A DNA stretch of 64,000 nt, from assembly GCA_963702845.1 (NCBI GenBank), contig OY969763.1:576001-640000 (forward strand), written 5' to 3'. The stretch is from an uncultured Verrucomicrobiae bacterium (GTDB lineage: Bacteria; Verrucomicrobiota; Verrucomicrobiia; Limisphaerales; Palsa-1400). Position 1 is the first letter of the stretch; the number at the start of each line of letters is the position of its first letter. Both the position numbers and the translations under genes were made by a program. Shown piece by piece: positions 8,024 through 19,258 of this stretch. The notes beneath the pieces were generated by a model. It was not told the DNA's origin. It saw only the letters and a program-made list of their open reading frames with translations, and did no database searches.

Positions 8024-9691
8024 TCAGTGGTCCAGTTTGGTGATTGTTCCTGTTTGAGCATTGAGCATGAGGCTAGAGCCGTCTTCGAAATAGGTGCGAT
8101 ATATTTTATCGGGCTTTCCGTCGCGTAGAAGTTCGGGACTGGCCGCGGCGACGCGTAGGAGGAATGCGTCGAGCGGTTCGTTGTTTGGGTCGGTCAATTT
8201 CAGGCGGGTGGCCCAGGCTTTACCGTCAATCGCGCGCGGATGTACCCGGGCAAGAAGTTTGCCGCCGTGCTCAACCCAGGACGCGATTGTTTCGAGTGTT
8301 GCATTGTCTGTTGTTGGGCCGTCCAGCCAGACCAGTGCTTTGTAGCGGTTGAGAAAGCCTTTTCCGATAAGCGATTCGTCGAGGAAATCGTAATCGGAAT
8401 AATCACGGAATTTGGCGGCATCACCGTATTGTCTTCCCCATTGTCCGAGCGCCTGAGCCGTTTTGGAAAGCATGACGGCAACCCGGACATCTGGTTTTCG
8501 CTTCACCAGCAATTGACGATAGCTGGCATAGACCGCGCCGCGTGCGCCGCCCGGTGGGCAGTCGTATGCGAATAATTCATCGGCGCCTGAGGAGACGGCG
8601 TTGTAGATACGTACGACGATTCCTTTTTCTGTAACGTCGCCGGCTGGTTCGTATCCAAAGTAGGTGCCGAGATTGCGGCACGATGAACCGATCCAGCGGG
8701 TCATGATGAAGTTTTGTTCGTAATCGCTGCCTTCATTGGTGATGCGCATGCCCGCGCCGTATTTCGCGGCCGTGATGGCCTGTTCGGAAAAATCCGACCC
8801 TTGCCGCAGGCTCATGTCGCCGCCCGTGCAGAGAACAATCTGCACATCCGGTAAATGTTTCTTGCAGGCTTTCAACCACACCTCGGCATAGCGCGTCATG
8901 CTGCCGCGATACCAACCGATCATGTCGAGCCTGGACTGGTTGGATTGAGTCTTGGTGGGAATGAAGGGTTTGATTTCGTCAAAAGAAACGACGTGCGTTT
9001 TCCATGCGATGTTGAGCGCCGCGACGGTTTGGTATTTCTCGCGCATGTCACGGCGAAAATCAGCGATGGCGGAGTCGTCGCCGCACCAATATCCGGCGTG
9101 GGTATGATAATTCCCATCGGGCTCCGGGCAGCGGGTGTAGGTCCATTCGTTACCGCTCACAGGAAAAATGGATTCGCCGAAATCGCCGGAGATTCCGAGC
9201 AATAACGTTTGCATCTGTTTATGATCGAAATGGCCGGCAAACGCGGCGACGAGGCGTTCGATTTGCGCTGGCAGGTTTGGGTTCCAAATTGATTGCGTGC
9301 GGGTCGGTTGATTGTGTTCGAGGCAGACTGCGAATTTTGATTCGGTGCTTTCCTTGAACCAGCGCGGCGTGGCGTAGGCGGGACCGGCAATGAGAAACGG
9401 CACCCACTTCATTCCCTTTGCACTCAGCGCGGCGACCTGCATGTCGTAGAGGGAGAAATCCCACGTGCCGCGTTGGTGCTCGAGCATCGACCATTTCACG
9501 TAAGGCTCGAATGCGGTCACGCGCGCGGCCATTGCACCAGCCGCGATTGCTTGCATTTGTTGCTGCGCCTCTTTTTGCGGGACAACCTGCATAGCGACAT
9601 CGTTGCCGATCGTAAAATGCATCGCGCTATCCACGGCGGATGCAGCGTCGCAAAACAAGAAGATCATTGCGACAGTGAGTGCTTTGATCAT
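8024..9691 (-). CDS. Secreted glycoside hydrolase (GH14/GH42-like)
   Basis: Signal peptide; YVKWSMLEHQRGTWDFSLYD, ATPRWF, GISGDFGE, YQTVAALNIAW. Confidence 0.7.
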   Translation of the reverse strand: MIKALTVAMIFLFCDAASAVDSAMHFTIGNDVAMQVVPQKEAQQQMQAIAAGAMAARVTAFEPYVKWSMLEHQRGTWDFSLYDMQVAALSAKGMKWVPFLIAGPAYATPRWFKESTESKFAVCLEHNQPTRTQSIWNPNLPAQIERLVAAFAGHFDHKQMQTLLLGISGDFGESIFPVSGNEWTYTRCPEPDGNYHTHAGYWCGDDSAIADFRRDMREKYQTVAALNIAWKTHVVSFDEIKPFIPTKTQSNQSRLDMIGWYRGSMTRYAEVWLKACKKHLPDVQIVLCTGGDMSLRQGSDFSEQAITAAKYGAGMRITNEGSDYEQNFIMTRWIGSSCRNLGTYFGYEPAGDVTEKGIVVRIYNAVSSGADELFAYDCPPGGARGAVYASYRQLLVKRKPDVRVAVMLSKTAQALGQWGRQYGDAAKFRDYSDYDFLDESLIGKGFLNRYKALVWLDGPTTDNATLETIASWVEHGGKLLARVHPRAIDGKAWATRLKLTDPNNEPLDAFLLRVAAASPELLRDGKPDKIYRTYFEDGSSLMLNAQTGTITKLDH

Positions 9692-9762
9692 CGAAACAGT
9701 GTCCGCAATGGATCCCGCGGAGAAAAGGCCTTTTATTGTCGGGGCTGTTGTCGTATTGGGAA

Positions 9763-11151
9763 ATGATGCTTTTCCGACTGTTCCTTATTGTTTTTCTGGC
9801 GCATCGGCTTTGTGCCGAATCGGTCCCTGCTCAAGCTGGTTGGGCTGAAATTAATATCACTCCGCCGCTGGGAGTGGAGATGGGTGGGCGCGGGCCGACG
9901 GAAACGGTTGGGAAGAGGGTGCTCGATCCGTTGATGTCGCAGGTGCTGTTTTTGAAAGACGGCAAAGGGCAGGGGTTCGCGCTCGTTTCGTTTGATCTCG
10001 TCGGAATGCCGCATGAGTTGAGCGATCGCATTCGCACGATGCTTGTTCATGAGCTTGGGGTGGATTGGAATCTGACGGTGTTAAACACATCGCACACGCA
10101 CAGTGGGCCGCAAATGAATTTGGGAGTGATGGCGATTCTGAATCCGATTCCACAGAACCAACTGGATTATCAGAACACAGTTTTCGAAAAGGTTTTGCAG
10201 GCGACGCGGACCGCCGCCAAATCGATGCATCCGGTCAAGGCGGAGGTGTTCGAAGGGAAGTCGGAGATCGCGATCAATCGGCGTGGTCATGACAAGAGCG
10301 GCGCGCCTTCGATGCGGCCGAATGCGGACGGGCCGATTGCGGATAAGCTTTGGGTTTTGAAATTGACGCCGCTGGACGGGACGGCCCCGGCGGTGATTTT
10401 TTCGTATGCGTGTCATCCAGTGATTGTTTACTCGTATGCGGGCAACGCGATTTCGGCGGACTTCCCGGGACAGGCGCGCGAGGCGTTGCGCAAAGAGCTC
10501 GGCGAAAAAACGCATCTGCAATTTGTGCAAGGACTGGCCGGTGACGTTCGTCCGCGTGCGTTAGCCAATCTGGAAAAGAACAGTTTTCGCGCGGCGAAAC
10601 CGGATGACGCACCGAATGTGGGTATGCAGTTGGCGAAAGACGTTTTGGCGAGTTTGCAATCGACGCCGAAAGTTTTGAATTTGAATCTCGCCGCGGATCT
10701 GGAGCGGCCGTTTTTGCCGCGCGATAATCCGCCGCCGCGCGCGCAATACGAGAAGCTTCTTGCTGACGGCAAAGGTGAGCGCCAACGCAATATCGCGAAA
10801 TATTGGCTGCAACGTTACGACAGCGGCGTCGGTTTTTCGAAAGGTGACGCGTGGCCGACTGGTTTGATTCGGTTGGCGGATAATCAGTGGGTTTGTTATT
10901 TCGCCGGAGAACCGTGCGTGGAGTGGGGACCGAAGGTGTCGCAGTGGCTAGCGCCGCGAGATATTGTGTTTTGGGGCTACAGCCAGGAAACGATTACCTA
11001 CCTGCCAACGGCTGAGATGTTGCCGGCTGGTGGCTATGAAGTGTTGGAATGCAATCGTGCGCGCGGGAGTTCGCCTGCGCAATTCGCGCCGGGAATCGAT
11101 GAGTCGATGCACCGGAGTTTGTTGCGACAATTGCGCGCGATTGGGGAGTAA
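9763..11151 (+). CDS. Neutral/alkaline ceramidase-like secreted hydrolase
   Basis: INITPP, VLDPL, SHTHSGP, INRR, YACHP, ISADFPG, GDVRP. Confidence 0.8.
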   Translation: MMLFRLFLIVFLAHRLCAESVPAQAGWAEINITPPLGVEMGGRGPTETVGKRVLDPLMSQVLFLKDGKGQGFALVSFDLVGMPHELSDRIRTMLVHELGVDWNLTVLNTSHTHSGPQMNLGVMAILNPIPQNQLDYQNTVFEKVLQATRTAAKSMHPVKAEVFEGKSEIAINRRGHDKSGAPSMRPNADGPIADKLWVLKLTPLDGTAPAVIFSYACHPVIVYSYAGNAISADFPGQAREALRKELGEKTHLQFVQGLAGDVRPRALANLEKNSFRAAKPDDAPNVGMQLAKDVLASLQSTPKVLNLNLAADLERPFLPRDNPPPRAQYEKLLADGKGERQRNIAKYWLQRYDSGVGFSKGDAWPTGLIRLADNQWVCYFAGEPCVEWGPKVSQWLAPRDIVFWGYSQETITYLPTAEMLPAGGYEVLECNRARGSSPAQFAPGIDESMHRSLLRQLRAIGE

Positions 11152-11162
11152 GGGTAATCTTC

Positions 11163-13100
11163 ATGCCTGTGCGTCGTCTGACTGCAAAACTGTCGCGGAT
11201 TTCGTTGTTGCTGGTGCTGCTCGCAACGGCAGTTCACTGCTTTGCACAAACGATGACGTCATCGGGTTTGCGCGCGACGTTTGTTGCCGCCGACGGCAAA
11301 ACGACGGATACGAAAATGACGCCGACGCTGGCGATCTACGTGCCGGAAGGGGAGTCGCCGACGAGTTTTTTGCCGCGTGGCAAATTTCGCGTGACGTGGT
11401 CTGGGTTTATTCGCGCGGATTTGCGGGACGAGATCAGTTTTCAGGCTGAAGTGAATGGGACGTTTAAACTGGAGATCGGCGGCGTCACGGTGTTGGAAGC
11501 TGCAGACACCAAAGGGCCGACGGCGTTTAGTGAGCCGGTGCGGTTGAAAAAAGGCCTGAACATTTTGCGTGCGACATTCAGTTCGCCGATGACGGGCGAC
11601 GCGTTTGTGCGACTGAAAGTAAAGACTTCGGAGGGGTTGGTTCAGCCGCTGGATCCAACACATTTGGATTGTGCCGATTCCTCTGAATCTCGTCGCGGGG
11701 ATGCGATGCGCGACGGGCTTGCGTCGTTTCTCGAACATTGCTGCGCGAGGTGTCATGAAACCGGAATTTCAAACGGCACTCCCGATTTGAACATGGATGC
11801 GCCGGCGCTCGATGGGATCGGTGCACGTCTGCGTGGAGATTGGATGGCGCGGTGGGTGGCGGATCCGCGGTTGATCCGGGCTGATGCGCACATGCCGCAA
11901 ATCCGCATCGCGAGCCGTCCTGAAAACGCGCGTGCGATCGCGGTGTTTCTCGCCAGCACAGGCACCAATTTCAACGAGCCTGCTCAACCGAGACTGACGT
12001 CCACCGAAATCAAAAAGGGGCAGGCACTGTTTGAGAGCCAACACTGCGACGTCTGTCACTATACCGAAGGTGCGGGCACGCCGGATTCGACGAAGGTGTC
12101 GTTGTCGAATGTTGCGTCGAAATTTTATCCAGACGCTTTACGGGCCTACATTGAAAAGCCGGATGCGTTTTATAAATGGACGGCGATGCCGCGGTTTCGC
12201 TTCGGTCCCGGCGACGCGGATTTGCTGGCGCGTTGGCTGATTACGCGCAGCCTCGCGTTTTCGTCAAACAACACGCCTGCCACGAGGGAAGAAGTCGAGC
12301 ACGGGAAAGAGTTGGTGCAAACGCTGGGTTGCCTGAATTGTCACGCGATGAATCTGCCGAATAAATTTTCGACGATGCCGCTGGCGCGCGCGGAGGTGAC
12401 GCATGGCGGTTGTATTGGTTCACAGCCGACGATTGATTTTGGTTTTGCTCCAGTTGAGCGAAGCGCGATTCACCTGTGGCTTTCGAACGAACGCACTTCG
12501 CTGACGCGCAACGTGCCGATGGAATTTGCGGAACGGCATTACGTGCGGTTGCTTTGTGCGGAGTGCCACCAAAAGGTCGAAGGCGTGGCGGGGCTAAATA
12601 GAATTGGTGAGAAACTAAAACCGGAATGGATGGGACGGTTCATCGACGGAGACATCGCGCAAAAACCGCGGCCATGGCTGTCGTCACAAATGCCGGCGTT
12701 CCCGCAATATGGCGTTGGCATCGCGCAGGGATTGGCCGAACAAAATGGTTTTGCGCCACATTCGCCGACGAACAAGCCGGTCGCCGAGCTTGCCAAAATC
12801 GGCAGTCAGTTGGTGCAGGCTCCGCCGATAGGTTTGGCGTGTGTGCAATGTCATGCGAATGGCGCGACGATGCCGTCGATTTCAGATGCGCCGGGGATCA
12901 ATTTCGCGTTCATCGCGCAGCGCCTGCAGCCGTCGTATTTTCAGCGATGGGTCCGCAAACCATCCGCGATTGATCCGCAGACGAAAATGCCTTCGTTCTT
13001 TACCGCCGAAGGCACGAGCCCGCTGAAACAATATTTCGAGGGCAATGCCGATATGCAAATCGCGGCGATTTGGGAATATCTACAAACGCGACACGAGTAG
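11163..13100 (+). CDS. Secreted PA14-like domain plus pentaheme c-type cytochrome
   Basis: [12 protein letters not shown]14-like segment; CARCH, CDVCH, CLNCH, CAECH, CVQCH; distal MP motifs. Confidence 0.85.
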   Translation: MPVRRLTAKLSRISLLLVLLATAVHCFAQTMTSSGLRATFVAADGKTTDTKMTPTLAIYVPEGESPTSFLPRGKFRVTWSGFIRADLRDEISFQAEVNGTFKLEIGGVTVLEAADTKGPTAFSEPVRLKKGLNILRATFSSPMTGDAFVRLKVKTSEGLVQPLDPTHLDCADSSESRRGDAMRDGLASFLEHCCARCHETGISNGTPDLNMDAPALDGIGARLRGDWMARWVADPRLIRADAHMPQIRIASRPENARAIAVFLASTGTNFNEPAQPRLTSTEIKKGQALFESQHCDVCHYTEGAGTPDSTKVSLSNVASKFYPDALRAYIEKPDAFYKWTAMPRFRFGPGDADLLARWLITRSLAFSSNNTPATREEVEHGKELVQTLGCLNCHAMNLPNKFSTMPLARAEVTHGGCIGSQPTIDFGFAPVERSAIHLWLSNERTSLTRNVPMEFAERHYVRLLCAECHQKVEGVAGLNRIGEKLKPEWMGRFIDGDIAQKPRPWLSSQMPAFPQYGVGIAQGLAEQNGFAPHSPTNKPVAELAKIGSQLVQAPPIGLACVQCHANGATMPSISDAPGINFAFIAQRLQPSYFQRWVRKPSAIDPQTKMPSFFTAEGTSPLKQYFEGNADMQIAAIWEYLQTRHE

Positions 13101-14855
13101 CTCGCGCTGGAACGTCAGTTCTTTCGGTAAATCGGCGTAGAGTTTCAGGAACAGTTCGTCGTGCGACAGAACTTCGCGCCGCCATTCCTCGGTGTCGATC
13201 GCCTGGGCTTTGGCGAGACGCGTGCTGTCGAAATTTTTCATTCCTTCGAGGTCGAAATCGTTGGCGTTCGGAACCCAACCGAGGGGCGCTTCCCAGGCTT
13301 GCGCATGGCCACGACAGCGTTGAGCAATCCATTTTAAAACGCGCATGTTTTCGCCAAAACCGGGCCAGAGGAATTTACCATTTTCATCTTTGCGGAACCA
13401 GTTCACGTGAAAAATGCGCGGCAGCGTCGGAATGTGCGAGCGCATGCGAAGCCAATGCTGAAAGTAAGTGCCCATGTTGTAACCGCAGAACGGGAGCATG
13501 GCCATCGGGTCGCGGCGCACCTGGCCGACGGCGCCGGTCGCGGCAGCGGTGGTTTCGGAACTCATGGTTGCGCCGACGTAAACGCCGTGGATCCAGTTGA
13601 AGGCCTGGTAAACCAAAGGCATGGTGGTGGCGCGGCGGCCGCCGAAAATAATTGCGTTGATCGGCACGCCGTCTGGGTCGTCGACTTCTTTTGCAAGCGC
13701 AGGGTTGTTGCGCATGGGCGCGGCAAAACGGCTGTTCGCGTGTGCGGCGGGTTCTTTGGAGTCGGGAGTCCAACGTTGGCCTTTCCAATCGATAAGTTCT
13801 TTTGGCGGCGCTTCGGTTTTTCCTTCCCACCAGACATCAAGATCTGGCGTGAGCGCGACGTTGGTGAAAATCGTATCGCGCGCGATTGTCGCCATCGCGT
13901 TTGGATTCGTCTTTTCGTTGGTTCCCGGGGCGACTCCGAAATAACCGGCTTCGGGATTGATTGCATGGAGGTGGCCGGTTTTGCCGGGCTTCATCCATGC
14001 GATGTCGTCGCCCACGGTGGTCACTTTCCAACCGGCAAAATGGGGCGGCGGGATGAGCATGGAAAAATTTGTTTTACCGCAAGCACTCGGAAACGCGCCG
14101 GTAACAAATGTCTTTTCGCCGGTTGGCGATTCGACGCCGAGAATCAACATGTGCTCGGCCAGCCAGCCTTCTTTTTGCGCGAGGTAAGAGCCGATGCGCA
14201 GGGCTAAACATTTTTTGCCGAGCAGGGCATTGCCGCCGTAATTAGAGCCGACGGAGATGATGGCGTTCTCTTGTGGGAAATGCGCGATGTAACGGCGATC
14301 GGGCTCGACATCGAGCATGCAATGCAAACCGCGATTGAAATCTTCACTGTTGCCGAGGTGCTCGTAAGCAAGTTGGCCCATGCGCGTCATAATGCGCATG
14401 CTCAAGGCGACGTAAATTGAGTCGGTCACTTCGACACCGACCTTTGCCATAGGTGAACCGGCCGGACCCATGAGATACGGGACGACATACATCGTTCGAC
14501 CGCGCATTGCGCCAGTGCAATAGCCGCGAAGCTTATTATGCATGTCGCGCGGCGCCATCCAATTGTTGGTCGGGCCAGCTTCGTGTTTTGCTTCGGTGCA
14601 GATGAAGGTGGATTGTTCGGTGCGCGCGACGTCGTTTTGTTTCGAGCGATGATAATAACAGCCGGGTAATTTTTTTTGGTTGAGCTCGATAAGTACTCCG
14701 GAAGCGATCGCTTGTTCGGTCAGGCGTTGCTTTTCTTCTTCCGAACCGTCACACCAAACGACCTCGTCGGGCTGGCAGAGCGTGGCCACGTCTTTAACCC
14801 AGCGAATGACACCGCTGTTGGCTGTGCTGGGTTTGCTCCCGGTTTTTGAATTCAT
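13080..14855 (-). CDS. pckG: Phosphoenolpyruvate carboxykinase (GTP)
   Basis: [59 protein letters not shown]. Confidence 0.97.
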   Translation of the reverse strand: MNSKTGSKPSTANSGVIRWVKDVATLCQPDEVVWCDGSEEEKQRLTEQAIASGVLIELNQKKLPGCYYHRSKQNDVARTEQSTFICTEAKHEAGPTNNWMAPRDMHNKLRGYCTGAMRGRTMYVVPYLMGPAGSPMAKVGVEVTDSIYVALSMRIMTRMGQLAYEHLGNSEDFNRGLHCMLDVEPDRRYIAHFPQENAIISVGSNYGGNALLGKKCLALRIGSYLAQKEGWLAEHMLILGVESPTGEKTFVTGAFPSACGKTNFSMLIPPPHFAGWKVTTVGDDIAWMKPGKTGHLHAINPEAGYFGVAPGTNEKTNPNAMATIARDTIFTNVALTPDLDVWWEGKTEAPPKELIDWKGQRWTPDSKEPAAHANSRFAAPMRNNPALAKEVDDPDGVPINAIIFGGRRATTMPLVYQAFNWIHGVYVGATMSSETTAAATGAVGQVRRDPMAMLPFCGYNMGTYFQHWLRMRSHIPTLPRIFHVNWFRKDENGKFLWPGFGENMRVLKWIAQRCRGHAQAWEAPLGWVPNANDFDLEGMKNFDSTRLAKAQAIDTEEWRREVLSHDELFLKLYADLPKELTFQRELLVSRL

Positions 14856-14942
14856 TCGCAATCAAGCATAAACCAAGTCAGGTGTGTGCGAAAGAGAGGG
14901 ACGGTTAAAAACAGGTTGGCTTCTCAGGCCGTTAAGGTGGGT

Positions 14943-16535
14943 TTAATCACCGGCGCGCGATGAGGAAGTGGAATCGCTCGATTGCTGTTTCATTTCGAAG
15001 GAATCACCGATGTGATCGCGACCTTCGAACGCGCCGGTTTTTGGGTCACGACGAACCGCGCTGACGAGTGGGCCGGCGCCGGTCAACACTTTGAAACCGA
15101 CGTCGTGCAGATAGTCGCGTTGCTTCGGCGGGAATGATTTCTCGAGACGTAATTCGAGGCTGCCGGTCGTGTTCAGTCGCGGCGCGTCGATGGAGCCGGT
15201 GAACGATTTGCCTTCGCCAAGGTAATTGCAGAAAAATTCGTAGATTGCGTTGGGGATTTTTGTTCCGCCAGCAGCGCCGATGGCGAGGGTTGTATTGCCG
15301 TTACGCGCCATGAGACTCGGACACATGTTGTGCAACGGACGTTTGCCGGGGGCGACGGAATTGGGATGACCGGGTTCGGGATCGAAGCGCGCCATGCCGT
15401 GCCCGAGCACCATACCGACGCTTTCCACTGTGACTTGCGCGCCGTATCCGTTGCCCATCGTTAAGGTGATCGCGACGAAATTCCCGGACCGGTCGGCGGC
15501 GCTGAGGTTGCAAGTGCCGGTTTGTTGGATACGCGGGACGTCAATGGACATCGCTTTGCGCGATTGGACCGCCGCCTCAACTTGCGATGCGAGTTCTTTC
15601 GCATAATCGACAGATAAAAGTTTTTCCACTGGCACTTCGACGAAGTCGGGATCGCCGAGGAATTTTGCGCGATCGCGCCAGGCGAGGCGGAGGGCTTCGA
15701 CTTGTGCGTGGGTGCGTTCGACGCTGCCGGGCTGCGTTGCGTAAGATGTTGCTTTGAAAATGTTCAGCGCTTCCAATGTGGTCAGGCCGCCGGAGCAGAG
15801 GGGCGCGGTGTAGATCGTCGCGTCGTCCCACTCCAGTTTGTAGGGAGTGACCAAACGGGCCTGATAATTGGCGAGATCTTTTGTTGTGACCAGTCCACCG
15901 TTTTTGGCAAAGGCGTCGGCGATTTCTTGCGCGATGTCGCCGCGGTAAAACGAATCAACGGAGTTGCGTTCGGCGAAAGTGGTCAACGTCTGACGTAGCG
16001 CTTGATAGCTGAAGCGCGGGTTCTTCGGTTTTTTTGCGGCAAGCGCAATGGCAGGCTGCAGAACTTCGCGAAGCGATTTCGTGCCGAATTTGCGGAGCGC
16101 CATTTCCAAACCGGCAGGCACGCCCGGCACACCAGCGGCGAGCCAGCCGTGGAAATTAACTTTGCCAATGACGGCGCCTTTGGCATCGAGCGGATACATG
16201 TCCGGACGGGCGGCGGCTGGAGCGACGGAATTGAAATCAATGCAATAAATCGCATCACCTTGCCCGATCATGATGCTGCCGCCGTAACCGCCGATGCCGC
16301 ATTTGCTCGGCGAACTGATGCCAGCGACAAATGCCGCGGCTATGGCGGCGTCAATTGCATTACCGCCTTCGGTAAAAATTTGGTTCGCGGCCTTAACACC
16401 TTCGACGTCGCCGAGAATAATTCCTCGCGGTGGTGGCGTGGTGTGACGTGTCACACATGACGGAGCAACCATCGCCGTCGCGGCGGCTTGCGCGGTCGCG
16501 ATTAACATTTTGCGGCGTGTGATGCGTTTGTTCAT
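14943..16535 (-). CDS. ggt: Gamma-glutamyltransferase family protein with Tat signal
   Basis: ITRRKML; GGNAIDAA, GIGGYGG, AGVPG, FYRG, LGDP, PGKRPLHNM. Confidence 0.88.
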   Translation of the reverse strand: MNKRITRRKMLIATAQAAATAMVAPSCVTRHTTPPPRGIILGDVEGVKAANQIFTEGGNAIDAAIAAAFVAGISSPSKCGIGGYGGSIMIGQGDAIYCIDFNSVAPAAARPDMYPLDAKGAVIGKVNFHGWLAAGVPGVPAGLEMALRKFGTKSLREVLQPAIALAAKKPKNPRFSYQALRQTLTTFAERNSVDSFYRGDIAQEIADAFAKNGGLVTTKDLANYQARLVTPYKLEWDDATIYTAPLCSGGLTTLEALNIFKATSYATQPGSVERTHAQVEALRLAWRDRAKFLGDPDFVEVPVEKLLSVDYAKELASQVEAAVQSRKAMSIDVPRIQQTGTCNLSAADRSGNFVAITLTMGNGYGAQVTVESVGMVLGHGMARFDPEPGHPNSVAPGKRPLHNMCPSLMARNGNTTLAIGAAGGTKIPNAIYEFFCNYLGEGKSFTGSIDAPRLNTTGSLELRLEKSFPPKQRDYLHDVGFKVLTGAGPLVSAVRRDPKTGAFEGRDHIGDSFEMKQQSSDSTSSSRAGD

Positions 16536-16550
16536 TGCAGCAATCGAAAG

Positions 16551-17324
16551 CTAGTTGCCGTAACGCGCAATCAGGCGCGCCAAAGCTTTTTCGTTTAGAT
16601 AAAACGGCATGCCTTCGAAGCGAACGACGCCGTCAGGGTCGATGAGCATGGCGTGCGGAATTCCTTGCACTCCGACTGCGCTGATCGTGCGACGCTCAGC
16701 GTCGATGGCCTCCCAATACTCGATCTTGGGCGATTTCAGCTTGTGCACGTCTTCTTCCGATTCGTCGCTCAAACCCATGATGATCACTTTATCTTTGAAT
16801 TTCTGGTGCAGCGCGTTCAAACCCGGGATGGCCTGGCGACAAGGCGGGCACCAGGTCGCCCAGAAATCGATGAGAACGAATTTGCCCTTCGTGTCCGGAA
16901 TTCCGTTGAGCCACTTTGCGACGATGAGCGGTGGAGCGGCTTTGTGCAGGAAAGATTTCGCGTAGAGCTTTGGCACGGAAACGTTGTCGTCGTGGGCTCC
17001 GGGAGCAGAAGATTTCGCCAACGCTTGTTTGGTGGGAGTGAACTTTGCGGTGAGGTCGCGAAAACGGATGTCACCTACGGCTGGTTTTGGTTTTAGGGCG
17101 GCGGCCGCGTTGTAATTGAAATGTTTTTGTAGGTCGGGCGAGAGGTCGTGTAATTGCGCGTTGGCGACGCCGCGCGTGTGCATGAAATAGATTTGTGACG
17201 CGGTCACCGAAGTGACAGTGACATTCGTGTAAGTTCGGTTTCCGACCTGGAGTGTCGGGAACTTGTCCTCAGCGCGCGCAGACAATAACGAAAGCGTGAC
17301 GAGAGTTAACGCAAGGAATCGCAT
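16551..17324 (-). CDS. Secreted TlpA-family thiol-disulfide oxidoreductase
   Basis: GKFVLIDFWATWCPPCR, GIPHAMLIDPDG. Confidence 0.92.
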   Translation of the reverse strand: MRFLALTLVTLSLLSARAEDKFPTLQVGNRTYTNVTVTSVTASQIYFMHTRGVANAQLHDLSPDLQKHFNYNAAAALKPKPAVGDIRFRDLTAKFTPTKQALAKSSAPGAHDDNVSVPKLYAKSFLHKAAPPLIVAKWLNGIPDTKGKFVLIDFWATWCPPCRQAIPGLNALHQKFKDKVIIMGLSDESEEDVHKLKSPKIEYWEAIDAERRTISAVGVQGIPHAMLIDPDGVVRFEGMPFYLNEKALARLIARYGN

Positions 17325-17371
17325 GCCACGGGTATGGCATGCGATTTCGTAACGAGCAAGATTTTTGGTGA

Positions 17372-18361
17372 TTAGCCGGCGCGTGGGATCGGGACGTCGG
17401 TCATCAGGAGCAGACCGGGTTGGGCGCGCAGGACGGTTGGGATGGCGTTGACCAGGGCGGCAACGGTCGCGCGGTCGCCATGAACGCCGCCGCGCAGGAC
17501 GGCGTCGATCGGCGGGTCGCCGATGATTTTCACGGCATCGCGCGGGTCTTCGGCATCGAGATACATCTTGAGGTCGAGCGTCAGCTTGTGCTTGCCGGCT
17601 TTCGCTTCGGCACGATGATGAATGCCGCAGGTCAGGCCTTTCGGGACTTCAAGAAATTGGGTTTTGATGTTCTTAGGCGCGATCATCGGTTCGCAGGATT
17701 CGCTGATCTTGCCAATTTTCCAGCCGAGCGCGTGCGCGACCAGGGCGAGTGATTCGACGAGGCCAACGTGGCCCATTTTGCCTTCGCGGAACAAACGGCG
17801 GAATTCCGCGGGTTCCATGCCGCTGCCGATTTTCATTTGCAGAGGCAGGCGGCGGAGCGAGGCATTGACGACGCGTTCGATCTCGATGGACTCAACGTTG
17901 CGGCAAACGCCGGTCAGGCAGATGGCCAGGGTGTCCATAACGAACCCAGGATTGACGCCGGTGCCGAGGACGCGAGATTTATGTTTGCGGCAAAGGGCGT
18001 CGAGCTTTTTGGCGATAGCGGGCGCGCGCAGTTGTGGAAAGAGGAGTTCTTCGCACGAGGAAACGACGCTGACACCGGCTTTGATGATTGGTTCGAGTTG
18101 TGGCGCAGCTTGCGGCATGCGTGAAACGGAGGTGTGCAGGACGCAATCCGGTTTAGTTTTTTTCAGCAGTTCGGCGAACGAGGAATAAACTTTGGCTTTG
18201 TTCAGCGATTTGATGCCGGTGAGTTCGCTGAGCGGTTTGCCGATCTTGGCCGGGTCGATGTCAACGCCGCCGACGATTTGCAGCCAAGGCTTGGTAGCGG
18301 CGAGTTTGACGGTTTCGATTCCGATAGGTCCCAGTCCGAATTGTGCGACTTTAATTTTCAC
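17372..18361 (-). CDS. NAD(P)-dependent amine dehydrogenase (DapB-like / 2,4-diaminopentanoate dehydrogenase family)
   Basis: GLGPIG, VSSCEEL, LGTGVNPGFVMD, GHVGLVES, GGVHGDRAT. Confidence 0.82.
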   Translation of the reverse strand: MKIKVAQFGLGPIGIETVKLAATKPWLQIVGGVDIDPAKIGKPLSELTGIKSLNKAKVYSSFAELLKKTKPDCVLHTSVSRMPQAAPQLEPIIKAGVSVVSSCEELLFPQLRAPAIAKKLDALCRKHKSRVLGTGVNPGFVMDTLAICLTGVCRNVESIEIERVVNASLRRLPLQMKIGSGMEPAEFRRLFREGKMGHVGLVESLALVAHALGWKIGKISESCEPMIAPKNIKTQFLEVPKGLTCGIHHRAEAKAGKHKLTLDLKMYLDAEDPRDAVKIIGDPPIDAVLRGGVHGDRATVAALVNAIPTVLRAQPGLLLMTDVPIPRAG

Positions 18362-18496
18362 TTTGTCCGATACTTAAAAGGCATCGGGTCTCGTAAATCA
18401 AAGGAAAACGGAGATAGTCTTGGCGTGCGTCAAAACTTCCAAGCTGTCTTGCTTTGAGACGTCAAGCGGCCTGAACGGCTTGCTGCCATTCTCAAC

Positions 18497-19258
18497 TTAC
18501 CAGCTGGTGATGTTGTCTCTGTTGACGTTGACGCCAGTGTTCGGATCGGCGTTGGCATCGATCGCTTTGTCCGGACCGGCAGTCCAGATCATGACTTCGA
18601 CGGGCATGTTCGTTTGTGCCTGATTGAACTTCTGATACAACGGGGCGTAGAAGGCGTCGCTGGTGTAGTTGTCGTAATTCATGTCCAGCGAGATCATGTA
18701 GGGATTGCCAAATGGATCACGCAGGACGCCGTTGGCGTCGAGGCCAGGGGCGTCGCTGACCAAGGCAGTATTATTTGCAACTTTGGCGTTGAAGAAGGCG
18801 AGTTTGCGCGGGTTCAACGCGTTATTGTAGTTGGGATTCATCCCCGGGTAGGTCAGGTTGGGAGCTGCATTCGCTGTGAGAATGTTGAGCACTTCGGCGT
18901 TGCAATTCTCGTAGATCCCACCGCTGGGGGGGATATTAAAGACCTTGTAGGTGGAACTGATCGAGTAGGTGCCTGACTTGGATTTGCCTTCTGTGCCAAA
19001 GGTGAAGTCGCCCCCAGCGTTAGCGCTGCCAAGGACCGATGAGGAAGCTGGGAAACGGCTGTAGTCGGCTTTGTACTGAGTGATAGCCGTGGTGAGGTTT
19101 GCCATTTCGGTCCGGGCAACTTTGACCTTGGCGGCAATTTTCGCTCTTGAAAGCGCAGGCAGGAGCAGCGAGGCCAGGATCGCAATAATGGCAATGACGA
19201 CGAGCAATTCAATCAGGGTAAATGCGAGCGAACGCTGACCCCCTCCTTGTGTTCTCAT
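18497..19258 (-). CDS. Type II secretion pseudopilin / type IV prepilin-like protein
   Basis: AFTLIELLVVIAIIAILASLLLPAL; DPFGNPY; IWTAGPD; DNITSW. Confidence 0.9.
   Translation of the reverse strand: MRTQGGGQRSLAFTLIELLVVIAIIAILASLLLPALSRAKIAAKVKVARTEMANLTTAITQYKADYSRFPASSSVLGSANAGGDFTFGTEGKSKSGTYSISSTYKVFNIPPSGGIYENCNAEVLNILTANAAPNLTYPGMNPNYNNALNPRKLAFFNAKVANNTALVSDAPGLDANGVLRDPFGNPYMISLDMNYDNYTSDAFYAPLYQKFNQAQTNMPVEVMIWTAGPDKAIDANADPNTGVNVNRDNITSW

Noticed and set aside
11163..13100. Pentaheme cytochrome as the missing PuuD partner
   Set aside because: More than 30 kb away, in a different operon, with no linking evidence
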